Shown here: positions 1-12,084 of the stretch, one piece after another
How the letters are laid out: each line of letters begins with the position of its first letter
How positions within the stretch are numbered: the first letter of the stretch is position 1
Source of the DNA: Squalus acanthias
Taxonomy: Eukaryota
NCBI GenBank assembly: GCA_030390025.1
Contig: CM059431.1
Span: forward strand, 103,418,001 to 103,482,000
Direction of reading: 5' to 3'
DNA length: 64,000 nt
Program-made: the position numbers and the translations under genes
Notes under the pieces: model-generated
What the model saw: only the letters and a program-made list of their open reading frames with translations
The model's database searches: none
Told to the model about the DNA's origin: nothing

Positions 1-1410
1 TCCAAGGAAAACAAACCCAGCCTATCCAGTCTTTCCTCATCGCTAAGATTCTCTAGTCCCAGCAACATCCTTGTAAATCTCCTCTGTACCCTCTCTAGTG
101 CAATCACATCTTTCCTGTAATGTGGTGACCAGAACTGCACACAGTACTCTAGCTGAGGCTTAACTAGTGTTTTATACAGTTGAAGCATAACCCCCTGTTC
201 TTGTATTCTATGCCACGGCTAATAAAGGCAAGCATTCCGTATGCCTTCTTAACCACCTTATCTACCTGGCTTGCTACCTTCAGGGATCTGTGGACATGCA
301 CTCCAAGGTCCCTTTGTTCCTCTACACTACTCAGTGTCCTACCATTTAATGTGTATTCCCTTTCCTTGTTAGCCCTCCACAAATGCATTACCTCACACTT
401 CTCCGGATTGAATTCCATTTGCCACTGTTCTGCCCACCTGACCAACTTATTGATATCTTCCTGCAGTCTACAGCTTCCTTCTTCAGTATCAACCACACAG
501 CCGATATTAGTATCATCTGCAAACTTCTCAATCATACCCACTATATTCAAGTCTAGATCATTGATATATACTACAAAAAGCAAGGGACCTAGTACTGAGC
601 CCTGCGGAACCCCTGCGAAACATCCTTCCTGTCACAAAAACACCTATCAACCATTACCCTCTGCTTCCTATCTCCGAGCCAGTTTTGAATCCAACTTGAC
701 ACGTTGCCCTGGATCGCATGGGCTTTTAACTTTGTGACCAGTCTGCCATGTGGAACCTTATCAAAAGCCTTGCTAAAGTCTATATACACTACATCAAATA
801 CACTACCCTCATCTACCCTCCTTGTTACCTCCTCAAAAAATTCAATCAAGTTTGTCAGACACGACCTTCCCTTAACAAATCCGTGCTGACTATCCTTGAT
901 TAATCCGTGTCTTTCTAAATGAAGATTTATCCTGTCCTTCAGAATTCTTTCCAATAATTCTCCCACCACCAAGGTTAGGCTGACTGGCCTGTAATTACTC
1001 GGTCTATCCTTTTCTCCCTTTTTAAACAAGGGTTCCACATTAGCAGTCCTCCAGTCCTCCGGCACCACACCTGAAGCAAGAGAGGATTGGAAAATGATGG
1101 TCAGGGCCTCTGCTATTTCCTCTTCTGCTTCGCTTAACAGCCTGGGATGCATTTAATCCGGGCCTGGGAATTTACCCAGCTTTAAAGCTGCTAAACCCCT
1201 TAATACTTCCTCTCTCACTATGTTTATTTCATCTAATATTTCACACTCCTCCCCCCTGATAGCAATGTCTGCTTTGCCCCTCTCCTTTGTGAAAACAGAC
1301 GCAAAGTATTTATGAAGAACCCTACCGACGTCTCCCGCCTCCACACACAGATTACCCTCATGATCTCTAATAGGCCCTACCCTTTCTTTAGTTATCCTCT
1401 TACTCTTATT
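1..1410 (-). mobile_element. CR1 LINE ORF2 fragment (reverse transcriptase region), disrupted
   Basis: Minus ORFs 1153-1344, 589-1152 and 164-583 give CR1 RT motifs: PEDWRTANV.PLFKKG, NYRPVSLT, QHGF.KGRSCLTNL, DFSKAFDKVPH, YINDLD..KFADD, WQMEFNPEKC. They are broken by stops and frameshifts. Confidence 0.95.
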
Positions 1411-1779
1411 CTCTCTGGTACATTACGCTGGGATGTTCTAACTTCAGGAGGGCTGAAGGAGCCCCGGGGGAAACTCAACTGCCTTCAGGTCAGCCTGTTC
1501 TTCAGCATGATCTTTGGGTCTCCGGGCTTTCTGGCAGCTGTGCTCCTGTTTCTACCATTCCCCCATTCCCGGACACAATTTCCCTCCAGGTTGGTAGGCC
1601 TGCCTTGGAGGTGGTGGGGAGGGGGGTGGGTTGGCGGGGGGTGGGGAGTGGTGGGGCTGGGGGGGGTGGTGATCTGTGCCTCTCGCAGGCATCAGCGCAC
1701 CTTGGGCATGTTGCATCTGTCTGCTGCCCTGTGCAGCGGCAGGCGGAGAATCGGCCCTTAGCGGTCTACCTCAAATGTA

Positions 1780-2187
1780 TTGCCCCTCTGACAGTGCGGC
1801 GCTCCCTCAGTACTGCCCCTCCAACAGTGCGGCGCTCCCTCAGTACTGCCCCTCTGACAGTGCGACGCTCCCTCAGTACTGCCCCTCCGACAGTGCGGCG
1901 CTCCCTCAGTACTGCCCCTCCGACAGTGCGGCGCTCCCTCAGTACTGCCCCTCCGACAGTGCGGCGCTCCCTCAGTACTGCCCCTCCGACAGTGCGGCGC
2001 TCCCTCAGTACTGCCCCTCCGACAGTGCGGCGCTCCCTCAGTACTGCCCCTCCGACAGTGCGGCGCTCCCTCAGCACTGCACTGGGAGTGTCTGCCTGGA
2101 TTTTTGTGCTCAAGTCTCTGAAGTGGGACTTGAACCCACAACCTTCTGACTCAGATGAGCGTGCTACCCACTGAGACACGGCTGACA
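1780..2187 (-). mobile_element. 5' part of a tRNA-derived Deu-SINE (SacSINE1-like) with about 9 tandem copies of a 33-bp unit
   Basis: The reverse strand has the tRNA-like head (tgtctcagtggg ... ggttcaagtccc). It is followed by (cagtactgagggagcgccgcactgtcggagggg)n at ~1785-2080. Confidence 0.88.
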
Positions 2188-2794
2188 CCGTTAATGTATG
2201 TGTATGAGAATATTGGGGAGCCTAGTTTCCAGTTTGGAAAAGGCTGGCGCACGCGGAACCGAGCCAGAGACCGTCTGGTGGCTTTGATGTCAGCATTCAT
2301 ATTTTTGTGATATTTCTACCGCTAATGAGTCACAGAGCTGAAAACGTTAAGCTAGCTGTATGGCAAACTATTCAATAAAAGCCTTAGGTCCTTTATTTTT
2401 CCTTCATTTTTTTCCCATTGCCATTTAGGGAATTTTTAAAAACACACACCGGATAAATGAGAAGTAAAAGCCACTAGCAAATATAGCAACGAGAAGCATT
2501 TATAAGCTTCCAATGCTTCCCATAGTCCCGGCTGTTGCTATAGTATTAAAGCACAGCGCGGGTTAGAAAGACCATTCGGCTCAATGAGCTCTCTCTTTCC
2601 ACAGGCTGCGAGGAATTTGCCCTCATCATGGAATCTAAACCCCATGCAGCGTCCTGAAGAAAGCTCCGCAAAGTCACTCCTTGCAGGAGGAAGAAGTAAA
2701 TCATGCAAAACTCAAGAACATTTGTCTAACTCTGCAAGACAGTCACTAATAAATCCCATGAGGAATTCAGGGCAAACTCCTTTACTCAGGGAGC

Positions 2795-4460
2795 TGTAAA
2801 GTTTCGCAATTATCACGATTCAAAATAACAAGAGAGAAGCAGATTCGTTTGATCAGTTTTATTAAACGAGATGCTGTCCTGATAATAAAGGACACAGAAG
2901 CCTGTAAAATGGCTGCCGTGCATCGTGGCAGAAGCTTCCAGAAACACAGTGGGCAGACAAGATGGCGTCGAATATACATTCAGTATAAGATTGGATCATA
3001 CTCGGTAAACACTGATAAAGACAGGATGCAACCCGTTTGCATTTGGAACAATAGCAAAGATATAAGTGCTGGAATCGTTTTCCTATGCACAGTAAGGATC
3101 ATTGTACTGGGCAATCGAAGGCCCATCCAGACACATCAATACACAAATACCCCCCCGGCTCTACAATGAGAGAGACATTGACGGGTGATTAAGTCGGTAT
3201 TCGGGGGCCCCCAAAACCAGTCAGGGAGACGATTCATACACATCCTGGCTGGGTCAACAATGGGGAAAACATTAACGGATAGTTGGCCAGTTTCAGGTGC
3301 TACCGAAACCCGTTAAAGAAGATAATCGCCCCATGCTGGGAGTTTTGAGCGCCAAAAATTACACAAAGGACAAACATTAAGATTTGAGCGGGAGATAAAG
3401 TGGACACAGCACTATAACTATAGAGAACAAATGTCCATCGGTCTCTTGACTCTTGACTCCTATCTCTGCTGACTCTTGACTCGGGCTGAACTCTTATTCT
3501 TATCCTCTGGTACCGCTCTGCTGGACGAGCAGTCTCTTGTTTTTCTCTCTGGACTTTGTTGACTCTTGACTCTTAGCCGTACTGGTTGGTTATTCGAGTG
3601 TTGGGTGGAGCTCAATCGCTACGAGCCGCCCCGACAAGGGCAATTAACAGGGTACACCATCCCGAGTGTCGGTAAACGGTGTCTAGACCCGGAGGCCCGA
3701 GGAGACAAGACGAGAAGAAGACGAGAAGAAATTCCACGCGCCGCCACGGTCCGTAAACCCCGACCGCGCCCGGAAAATATAAATACAGGACTCTTCTTTG
3801 AGTTCTACCGACTACAACCTGTGTCGAGCACAGGAAGACTCTTCTTTGAACTGTGTCCGAGGTCCGTCGAGTTCTTCATGACAACAGGGAGTCTGGCCTG
3901 CTTTTCGCAGCAGCGAAAGTAAACAAGTGGGGTGCAGAGACCCTTCCAAACACGTGACAGTCAGGCGCTGCAGCGAAACGAGCTGAGTGCCTCACTTTAA
4001 AATCTCCGAAGTAACACGAGTGGTGAGCATGATTTCCGATCCTACAAATCTAGACGTAGTGTAGGTATTATTAAGGGAGGGTGGTTTTAATAAGGTTAAG
4101 ATATAATGTGTTCCCCTTTCTACGATGTGCCGTGTGTTCTCCATTTCCTCAGACCAAGCTTTATGAATATATGTATACTTGTACTATCGTTGATTTGTGC
4201 CTATGACATGTATTTCATGATTTTAGACGCCATGCAATAAAGATTTCCATTTCGTACTATTCAACCGGGTCTATTTGAGTTTTTCTCTGCATTACTGCTC
4301 CCTGCACCTAAGTCCAGTGTTAGAACCGTAAGGGCGAGTGGGTCGAACCGCTCACAGGTGCTTATTGCAAAAGGGCTAGCCGGAGACCAGAGCAAGCAAT
4401 AGTATTAGGCAACGAAGGCCTAACCTCGCACCAGCATTGTCTGAGACACGCCCCCTTACA
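2795..4460 (+). mobile_element. Solo LTR (1666 bp; Gypsy or ERV type)
   Basis: TGTAA...TTACA termini with a 4-bp TSD gagc (2791-2794 and 4461-4464). There is a TATA-like motif at ~3413 and AATAAA at ~4236. It interrupts a CR1 tail that rejoins across it (ctttactcagggagc | gagcggtgagaatgtggaactc). Confidence 0.85.
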
Positions 4461-4690
4461 GAGCGGTGAGAATGTGGAACTCGCTACCACAGGGAGTGGT
4501 TGAAGCGAATAGTGGAGATACATTCAAAGGGGAAGCGAGTTAAGTACATGAGGGAGGAAGGAAGAGAAGGATATGCTGATAGGGTGAGATGAAGTAGGGT
4601 GAGAGGAGACTCGTGCGGAGCATAAACACCGGCACGGACCAGTTGGGCTGAATGGCCTGTTTCTGTGCTGTACGTTCTGTGTTGTTCTAT
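4461..4690 (+). mobile_element. CR1 LINE 3' end (continues from 2761-2794)
   Basis: It encodes RMWNSLPQGVVEA, followed by the 3' UTR stem gggctgaatggcctgtttctgtgctgta. Confidence 0.85.
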
Positions 4691-4981
4691 TGAACCTTAC
4701 AATCTACATTACTCATCCCTGGCTGTTGCCTTCAGTCATTTTTACCTATACTGAAAACTCAAATATTTGCAACTATACTTGATACTGTTGTGGAAAGAAA
4801 CCGCTGGGAGTCACGGGTAGGCTGTGATGTGAGAGACGTCGGAGCGCTCCCCTGCATGCTTGCAATAAAGTGTCTCTCATATTGCAGCCTATCCGTGGTA
4901 TTAAAATGTTACTGTAACTGCAAGGCATGATGGGAAGCTTGACCAAAATCAGACCAAAGCGTAGTGTCAGCATTTAACAGT

Positions 4982-5724
4982 CTTAGGCAGTCCCTCGGAA
5001 CCGAGGATGACTTGCTTCCACATTAAAAATGAGTTCTCAGGTGACTGATGAGTCCAATGCGGGACCTACAGTCTCTGTCACAGGTGGGGCAGACGGTGGT
5101 TGAAGGGGCGAGTGGGTGGGGTGCTTGGGTTGACGTGCGCTCCTTCCGTTGTTTGCGCTTGGCTTCCGCTTGCTCCCGGCGAAGAGACTCGAGGTGTTTG
5201 GCGCCTTCCCGGATGCTTCTCCTCCACTTTGTGCGGTCTTGGGCCAGGGATTCCCAGGTGTCGGTGGGGATGTTGCACTTTTTCCAAGGAGGCTTTGAGG
5301 GTGTCCTTGAAGCGTTTCCTCTGCCCACCTGGGGCTCTCTTGCCGTGTCGGAGCTCGAGTAGAGCGCTTGTTTTGGGAGTCTCGTATCGGGCATGCGGAT
5401 GATGTGACCCGTCCATCGGAGCTGATCGAGCGTGGTCAAAGCTTCGATGCTGGGGATGTTGTCCTGAGCGAGAACACTGATGTTGGTGCGCCTATCCTGC
5501 CAATGGATTTGCAGGATCTTGTGGAGGCAGCATTGGTGGTACCTCTCCAGTGCTTTGAGAGTGCCTGCTGTACATGGTCCATGTCTCTGAGGCATACAGG
5601 AGGGCGGGTATTACTACTGCTCTGTAGACCATGAGCTTGGTGCCGGGTTTGAGGTCCTGGTCTTCAAACACTCTCCTCCTCAGGCGACTGAAGGCTGCAC
5701 TGGCATACTGAAGGTGGTGTTGGA
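4982..5724 (-). mobile_element. RTE-clade LINE 3' fragment
   Basis: ORFs read HQCCLHKILQIHWQDRRTN, QLRWTGHIIRMPDTRLPKQ and GKRAPGGQRKRFKDTLK, with a C-terminal zinc finger CPTCDRDCRSRIGLISHLRTH. Confidence 0.9.
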
Positions 5725-5861
5725 CTAGCAGTAGTTTAATAAAGTTTCTTCACGAAACCTTGAATCAGGAACAATGAACAAAGATAATGGTAACTGGAAG
5801 CCGAATAAGATAAACAAAACTGCAGAAAGGCAGACGTAAGAACCTTGGGTCCGGGACAGTT

Positions 5862-6140
5862 GAAACATAGAAACATAGAAACATGGAAGATAGGAGCAGG
5901 AGTAGGCCATTCGGCCCCTCGAGCCTGCTCCGCCATTCAATGCGATCATGGCTGATCATCCAAATTCAGTACCCTGTCCCTGCTTTCTCCCCATATCCCT
6001 TGATCCCTTTAGCCTTAAGAAATATATCCAACTCCTTTTTGAATATATTTAATGAATTGGCCTCTACTGCCTTCTGTGGTAGAGAATTCCACAGGTTCAC
6101 CACTCTCTGGGTGAAGAAATTCCTCCTCATTTCTGTCCTG
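5862..6140 (-). mobile_element. CR1 LINE 3' end with (gaaacata)n tail
   Basis: It encodes RRNFFTQRVVNLWNSLPQKAVEA and has the 3' UTR stem-loop and an 8-nt tail repeat. Confidence 0.92.
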
Positions 6141-6504
6141 AGATAGCGGGAAGCATCTGCCAAAGCCTACGTAACCGGTAATTAACGGTTGATTATGTAT
6201 AAATAAACTGTCACAACCATTGTAAATTTGAGAGACTTCGGTGCGCTGAAGGCTCTCCCCTGCATGCTTGTAATAAAGTTTCTCTCATATCGCAGCCTAT
6301 CCGTGACTCCGAGTGGTTTCCTTCCACAACAATACCATGTTTGAGGAGGTGATCCATACTCTCACCAGTTAGGTGTCGAGCACAGTATTACACACATTAC
6401 GACTCACGGCTGTCTGCCATCCAAGTCAGATGTGTTTCAAAGCAGTTCTTGCTCAGTTCGGGCCCTTCTTTGCCCGGGACTGCAGTCTAACATGTCACAA
6501 CCAA

Positions 6505-6878
6505 ACCACTCCAGTGCAATACTGAGGGAGTGCTGCGCTGTCGGAGGGGCCGTCTTTCGGTATGAGACGTTAAACCGAGGCCCCGTCTGCTCTCTCAGGT
6601 GGCCGTAAAAGATTCTATTTCGAAGAAGAGCAGGGGGAGTTCTCCCCGGTGTCCTGGGGCCAATATTTATCCCTCAACCAACATCACTAAAAACAGATGA
6701 TCTGGTCATTATCACATTGCTGTTTGTGGGAGCTTGCTGTGTGCAAATTGGCTACTGCGTGTCCTTTCATTACAACAGTGACCACACTTCAAAAAAGTAC
6801 TTCATTGGCTGTAAAGCGGTTTGGGACATCGGTGGTTGTGAAAGGCGCTGTAGAAATGCAAGTCTCTCTTTTTCTTTT
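6505..6878 (+). mobile_element. Deu-SINE (SacSINE1-like), 5'-truncated
   Basis: Deu core gagacgttaaaccgaggcccc...ccccggtgtcctgg and an L2-like tail tgtaaagcg...aaaggcgct...aaatgcaagtc. Confidence 0.88.
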
Positions 6879-7284
6879 CATCAGATAAGCTTTTTATTTT
6901 TCCATGGATCTTGCAAAGGTTTTGGACGTCCAACTAGAACACATCTAAATCCAGTCGTTGGGATAAAGGCAAAGAATTGAGATTTACCATTTCAAGTCTG
7001 TGTCCAGTTGCAGATTGTGACCCCGCTCCTCCCTAACCTACTTAGTTGGTGATGTAAGTAGTCCTGATACAAGGATAACTGGGGATCCAATAGAGAATGG
7101 ATCCGTTCAATCACTTGGAAAAAGTGCTGTTGCTTCATTAAAGCCCCCAGATATCTCCATTGCTCCGTTGTCAGCTCTGGAGGGACTGGGCAAAGAGCTA
7201 TGGGTAACTTAAGGTCAAGGCAACAAGATCAAGGGAGCAGGGAAGGAAAATCTTGGCGAATTTTTGAGACACTTAGTTGCATGC

Positions 7285-7860
7285 ACATTACATAGAATGT
7301 ACGGCACAGAATATGGCCATTCGGCCCAACTGGTCCGTGCCGGTGTTTATGCTCCACACCAGCCTCCTCCCACCCCTCTTCATCTCACCCTGTCAGCATA
7401 ACCTTCTACTCCTTTCTCCCTCATGTGTTTATCTAGCTTCCCCTGAAATGCATCTACGCTATTCGCCTCAACCAATCCCTGTGGTAGCGAGTTCCACATT
7501 CTCACCGCTCTTTGAGTAAAGGAGTTTGCCCTGAATTCCCCATTGGATTTATCCGTGAATATCTCATATTTACGGCCCTTAGTTCTGGTCTCGCCCGCAA
7601 GTGGAAACGTCTTCTCTACGTCTACCCTATCAAATTGTTCCACAATCTTAAAGACCTCTATCAGGTAACTCTTCAGCCTTCTCTTTTCGAGCGAAAAGAG
7701 TCCCAGCCTGTTCAATCTTTCCTGATAGGTATAACCTCTCAATTCTGGTACCATCCTTGTTTTGTCTATGTAAGTGGTTCCAGAAGGATGGAATAATCTT
7801 TAGGATTCTTCATCACTTACTATTTGTATTGTTTGCACCTTCTCCGGTGCCTCTATATCC
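7285..7860 (-). mobile_element. CR1 LINE 3' fragment
   Basis: ORF 7380-7754 reads YQERLNRLGLFSLEKRRL...RMWNSLP. Confidence 0.9.
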
Positions 7861-8422
7861 TTTACGATACATTCATAGCTTGTGCATGTGTACCCATGAG
7901 TAGCAGTTTAAAGGGTTAATCATAAGAATGTGGAGATAATGTCCTTCAGGTTTTATTAAAAAATCCTGAAAATATTTCTTCATATTTTCATCAGTTTTTC
8001 CTCTTGTAATTGCACTTGATATTAAATCTGCTCTTTCGCAGAATTTCCTGAATATTTTATGCTTTAATCACATATGAATTGAATTTTATATGATTAAAAT
8101 TAATCTTTTTACCCAGATCTGTTTATCTGTATCTGTTTACCAGATGCCAGTGTTTAACATCTATTCTTGCTTGACGAACACAGCAGGAAAATGACCAGCA
8201 CTGCAATTAATAGTCTAAAAGTTTTATTGAAAGATCAGAGAGGAAACCTTGGCAACAAGGTTCATTAGCTATCTTTAGTCCACCGTAATAAGCATGTGGC
8301 ATTTTAAGTAAATGCAATCAAAGTTAATGGCAGTGCAGAAAATGCCACTGCAATATTTTTAAACTGAAATTATAAAACAAACGTGGGATCGTGTTCCAAA
8401 AAGAGGAAACCGCAGTAACATT

Positions 8423-10324
8423 GGCCCAGAACTTGCTGTCAAAATATCGGTCAGCCTAATGGCGCCCGCTGTTATTTATGCGCAAATGGGACAGCAACTT
8501 CAGGCGAGGGGCAGACGCGCGGTTAAACGCGAATATCCGAAAGTCGCTGTCCGAGTCGCGCCGTTCCGCTGTTAGCTTCGCGAAAACGGCATCTCGCCGC
8601 CTGCCTCGCCAGTGAAATGCAATGAGCGGCGTGAATTTCCTGTACTTGCGCAGTAGACGAGAACTAAACTCGCCACAGAAAGTTAAGTCAAGTCATTTCA
8701 GCCGAGGTACGCTTTTAACTACATGATGATAGTTGATTACTGCCAATCAACCTTTCTGGCGCTGAAAATTAAATATTACAAGTGTGGACTCTCATTCCTT
8801 CCGATATTAATTGTTGTTGGAGATTTAGAAAATGTCAAAATTAAAATTAAAATATATATTTTTTTACTTTTCCTTTCTGACTTTTTTTCTCTCTCTTAAT
8901 CCAATCTTTCTTCCCCTCTCTTTACTTCTCTTTCTGTACGTGATTTGACAATGAATTCACCCACTCTAATTCACCCTTCTTCTCAGTACTTGCTCTGTTA
9001 ATTTCACAATCCTTCAATCTGATTGGTTAGGGAGATACCCTGTTGCTTGCCCTGTTCACTCAGGTCCCAGATGTCCGGCTTCCCCATCGCCGCGCCATTA
9101 TCAGCTCGCACTCTCAGCAACTTGCCACGCAAATAATTTAGAATCATAGAATCATAGAATGGTTACAGCACAGAAGGAGGCCATTCGGTCCATCGAGCCC
9201 GTGCCGGCTCTCTGCAAGAGCACTTCAGCTAGTCCCACTCCCCCGCCCTTTCTCCGTAGCCCTGCAAATTTTTTCCTTCAGGTACTTATCCAATTCCCTT
9301 TTGAAAGCCACGATTGAGTCTGCCTCAACCATCCTTTCAGGCAGTGCATTCCAGATCGCAACCACTCGCTGCGTAAAAAATGTTTTTCCTCATGTCGCCT
9401 TTGGTTCTTCTGCCAATCACCTTAAATCTGTGTCCTCTGGTTCTCGACCCTTCCACCAATGGGAACAGTTTCTCTCTATCTACTCTGTCTAGACCCTTCA
9501 TGATTTTGAACACCTCTATCAAATCTCCTCTCAGCCTTCTTTGTTCGAAGGAGAACATCCCCAGCTTCTCCAGTCTATCCACGTAACTGAAGTCCCTCAT
9601 TCCTGGAAGCATTCTAGTAAATCTTTTCTGCACCCTCTCTAAATCATAGAATCATAGAATCATAGAAATTTACAGCACAGAAGGAGGCCATTCTGCCCAT
9701 CTTGTTCGTGCCGGCCGACAAAGAGCGATCCACCCTAATCCCACTTTCCAGCTCTTGGTCCATAGCCCTGTAGGTTACGGCGCTTCAAGTGCACATCCAA
9801 GTACTTTTTAAACGTGATGAGGGTTTCTGCCTCGACCACCCTTCAGGCAGCGAGTTCCAGACCCCCACCACCCTCTGGGTGAAAAGATTTCTCCTCAAAT
9901 ACCCTCTAATCCTTCGACCAATTACTTTAAATCTCTGCCCCTTGGTTATCGAATCCTCTGCTAAGGGAAATAGGTCTTTCCTATCCACTCTATCTAGGCC
10001 CCTTTTAATTTTATACACCTCAATCAAGTCTCCCCTCAGCCTCCTCTGTTCCAAAGAAAACAACCCTAGCCTATCCAATCTTTCCTCGTAACAATCTTTC
10101 CTCTAAGGCCTTCACATCCTTCCTAAAGTCCGGTGCCCGGAATTGGACACAATACTCCAGTTGAGGCCGAGCCAGTTTTTTACACAGGCTCATCATTAAC
10201 TTCCTTGCTTTTGCACTCTACGCCTCTATTTATGACGCCCTAATTTTAAAACCCTAAACGTGGAAGGGTAAGCCTAACTAACAGCGGACGCTGTTGGATG
10301 CCACGCAACAGCAAAATCTGGCCC
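8423..10324. mobile_element. PIF/Harbinger-type MITE interrupted by two nested CR1 fragments
   Basis: TIRs ggcccagaacttgctg and cagcaaaatctggccc, with flanks att/aat. Confidence 0.65.
9140..10240 (-). mobile_element. Two CR1 3' fragments, one (9643-10100) nested in the other
   Basis: Two (atcataga)n tails and CR1 C-terminal ORFs 9337-9633 and 9785-10078. The hexamer ctctaa is duplicated at 9637 and 10101. Confidence 0.88.
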
Positions 10325-10625
10325 AATACTTTCTTTCCTTAAGATATAAAATACAAAGCAGAAAGTTGATGCAGTATTGCATCTCTACCACTAGAGGTCA
10401 ATACATTGTAAAGGATGGTCTTTGCAAATTCTGCTTGTGTTGGTAAGGAGGTGTTAAAGGCCGGGCCCCACATTTGTGTGGCACATTAAAGGCCCAATTT
10501 TGAAAATGTTTGCTGCTTGCAAATTTTTTATTTTTATAAAGAGCCGCTGTAACTTCCCTGATAGCTCAGTGAGTTTACTCAGCCAGCAAATAGACCAGAA
10601 CCATCCCAGATTTGCTTCCCGTTTA

Positions 10626-11290
10626 AGAACATAAGAACATAAGAAATAGGAGCAGGAATAGGCCACTTGGCCCCTCGAGCCTGCTCCGCCATTCAATAAG
10701 ATCATGGCTGATCTTGGGCTCAAAGCTACTTCCCTGCCCGCTCCCCATAACCCTTCACTCCCTTATCTTGCAAAAATTTGTCTGTCTCCACTTTAAATGT
10801 CTTTAATGACCCAGCCTCCACAGCTCTCTGGGGCAGAGAATTCCACAGATTTACGACCCTCTGAGAGAAGAAATTCCTCCTCATCTCAGTTCTAAAAGGG
10901 CGACCCTTTATTCTGAGACTGTGCCCCCGAGTTCTAGATTTCCCCACGAGGGGAAACATCCTCTCTGCATCTACCCTGTCGAGCCCCCTCAGTATCTTAT
11001 ATGTTTCGATAAGATCACCTCTCATTCTTCTAAACTCCAATGAGTAGAGGCCCAGCCTGCTCAACCTTTCCTCATAAGTCAAACCCCTTCATCTCTGGAA
11101 TTAACCTAGTGAATCGTCTCTGAACTGCCTCCAATGCAAGTATATCCTTCCTTAAATAAGGAGACCAAAACTGTACGCAGTACTCAAGGTGTGGTCTCAC
11201 CCATACCTTGTACAGTTGTAGCAGGACTTCCCTGCTTTTATACTCCAACCCCCCTTGAAATAAAGGCCAACATTCCATTTGCCTTTTTGA
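10626..11290 (-). mobile_element. CR1 LINE 3' fragment
   Basis: It encodes [19 protein letters not shown]...RRMRGDLIETYKI...LWNSLP and has an (aagaacat)n tail. Confidence 0.93.
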
Positions 11291-11334
11291 TTTGGGCACT
11301 CTCAGCCCAGAGAGTAACTGGGCAAGTGGCAAGC

Positions 11335-11710
11335 AGGGTTTTGCCAACTCTCTAGGATTGGCCTGGAGTCTCCAGGAGTGAAAGATTAATCTCCAGGACA
11401 CACCACCACCAGCAAAAACCCAGAAGAAAAATCACTGGGGGTGGGGGGGGGGGATTTAAAAAAAAAATTGTGTTTTTTTATGTTCTTTAAACACTTTCGT
11501 TTATTAGTTATAAAAACATTGGAGATGGGGAAAAGTGCTGCTTGACTAACAGTCAAGAAGTATCCAATCGGGTAATGACGAGTCTGTCCGATTGGCGTGG
11601 GAAGGCGGAGCACCATGCGGTTGGACAATGGGCAACCAACGGCAAGAGTGTGTGGGAGGTCATGTGATGAAGTCTCCAGGAACATGTCCAATCAGAGTTG
11701 GCAAACCCCA
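11335..11710. mobile_element. hAT-type MITE (AGGGTTGCCAAC termini)
   Basis: Termini cagggttttgccaactct and agagttggcaaacccca, with imperfect 8-bp flanks gtggcaag/gttgcaat. A related partial copy lies at ~32790-33109. Confidence 0.65.
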
Positions 11711-11714
11711 GTTG

Positions 11715-11980
11715 CAATTGGGTTTCTAGTGACCCTCAGTTAGAGAGGGGCAATCGGCCAAGATCACAGTTTGAGCCGTTGAATAACGTTCAGGAACAGC
11801 GACCCTGGCTGATTTTCCTGATCACAATTCGGGCTGTGGAGACCGATCATAGCAGCACCCCTTTCACCTTCCTGGGTGAGACCAGGTAGTGCAGCAGAGA
11901 TGGGGGATTGAACCTGCGATCTATCCTGACCTTATGGCTCAGTTACTCACTGTCCTACTCGCTGATCCACTGGGGGAGCT
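11715..11980 (-). mobile_element. Degenerate tRNA-derived SINE (second family)
   Basis: The reverse strand starts gctcccccagtggatcagcgagtagg and contains the B-box-like ggttcaatccc. Confidence 0.5.
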
Positions 11981-12084
11981 GCAAGGGCGGCGTTTATTCA
12001 AATAAGGATACAGCTACTTTTATTTCCGTAAAAAAGATTGTTGTATTATTTAAAATAATATATGCATTGCAAGTATAAGCCGGT

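Larger units (their letters stand above)
4786..6331 (+). mobile_element. TG..CA element with ~52-bp terminal inverted repeats and a 4-bp TSD (solo-LTR-like or non-autonomous Ginger-like); hosts nested RTE and CR1
   Basis: The ends tgttgtggaaagaaaccgc... (4786) and ...gtggtttccttccacaaca (6331) are inverted repeats. TSD atac lies at 4782-4785 and 6332-6335. Confidence 0.75.

Noticed and set aside
2849..3922. ORFs inside the long LTR as viral accessory genes
   Set aside because: They are short, have non-ATG starts and show no recognisable motifs, so they cannot be supported without a search.
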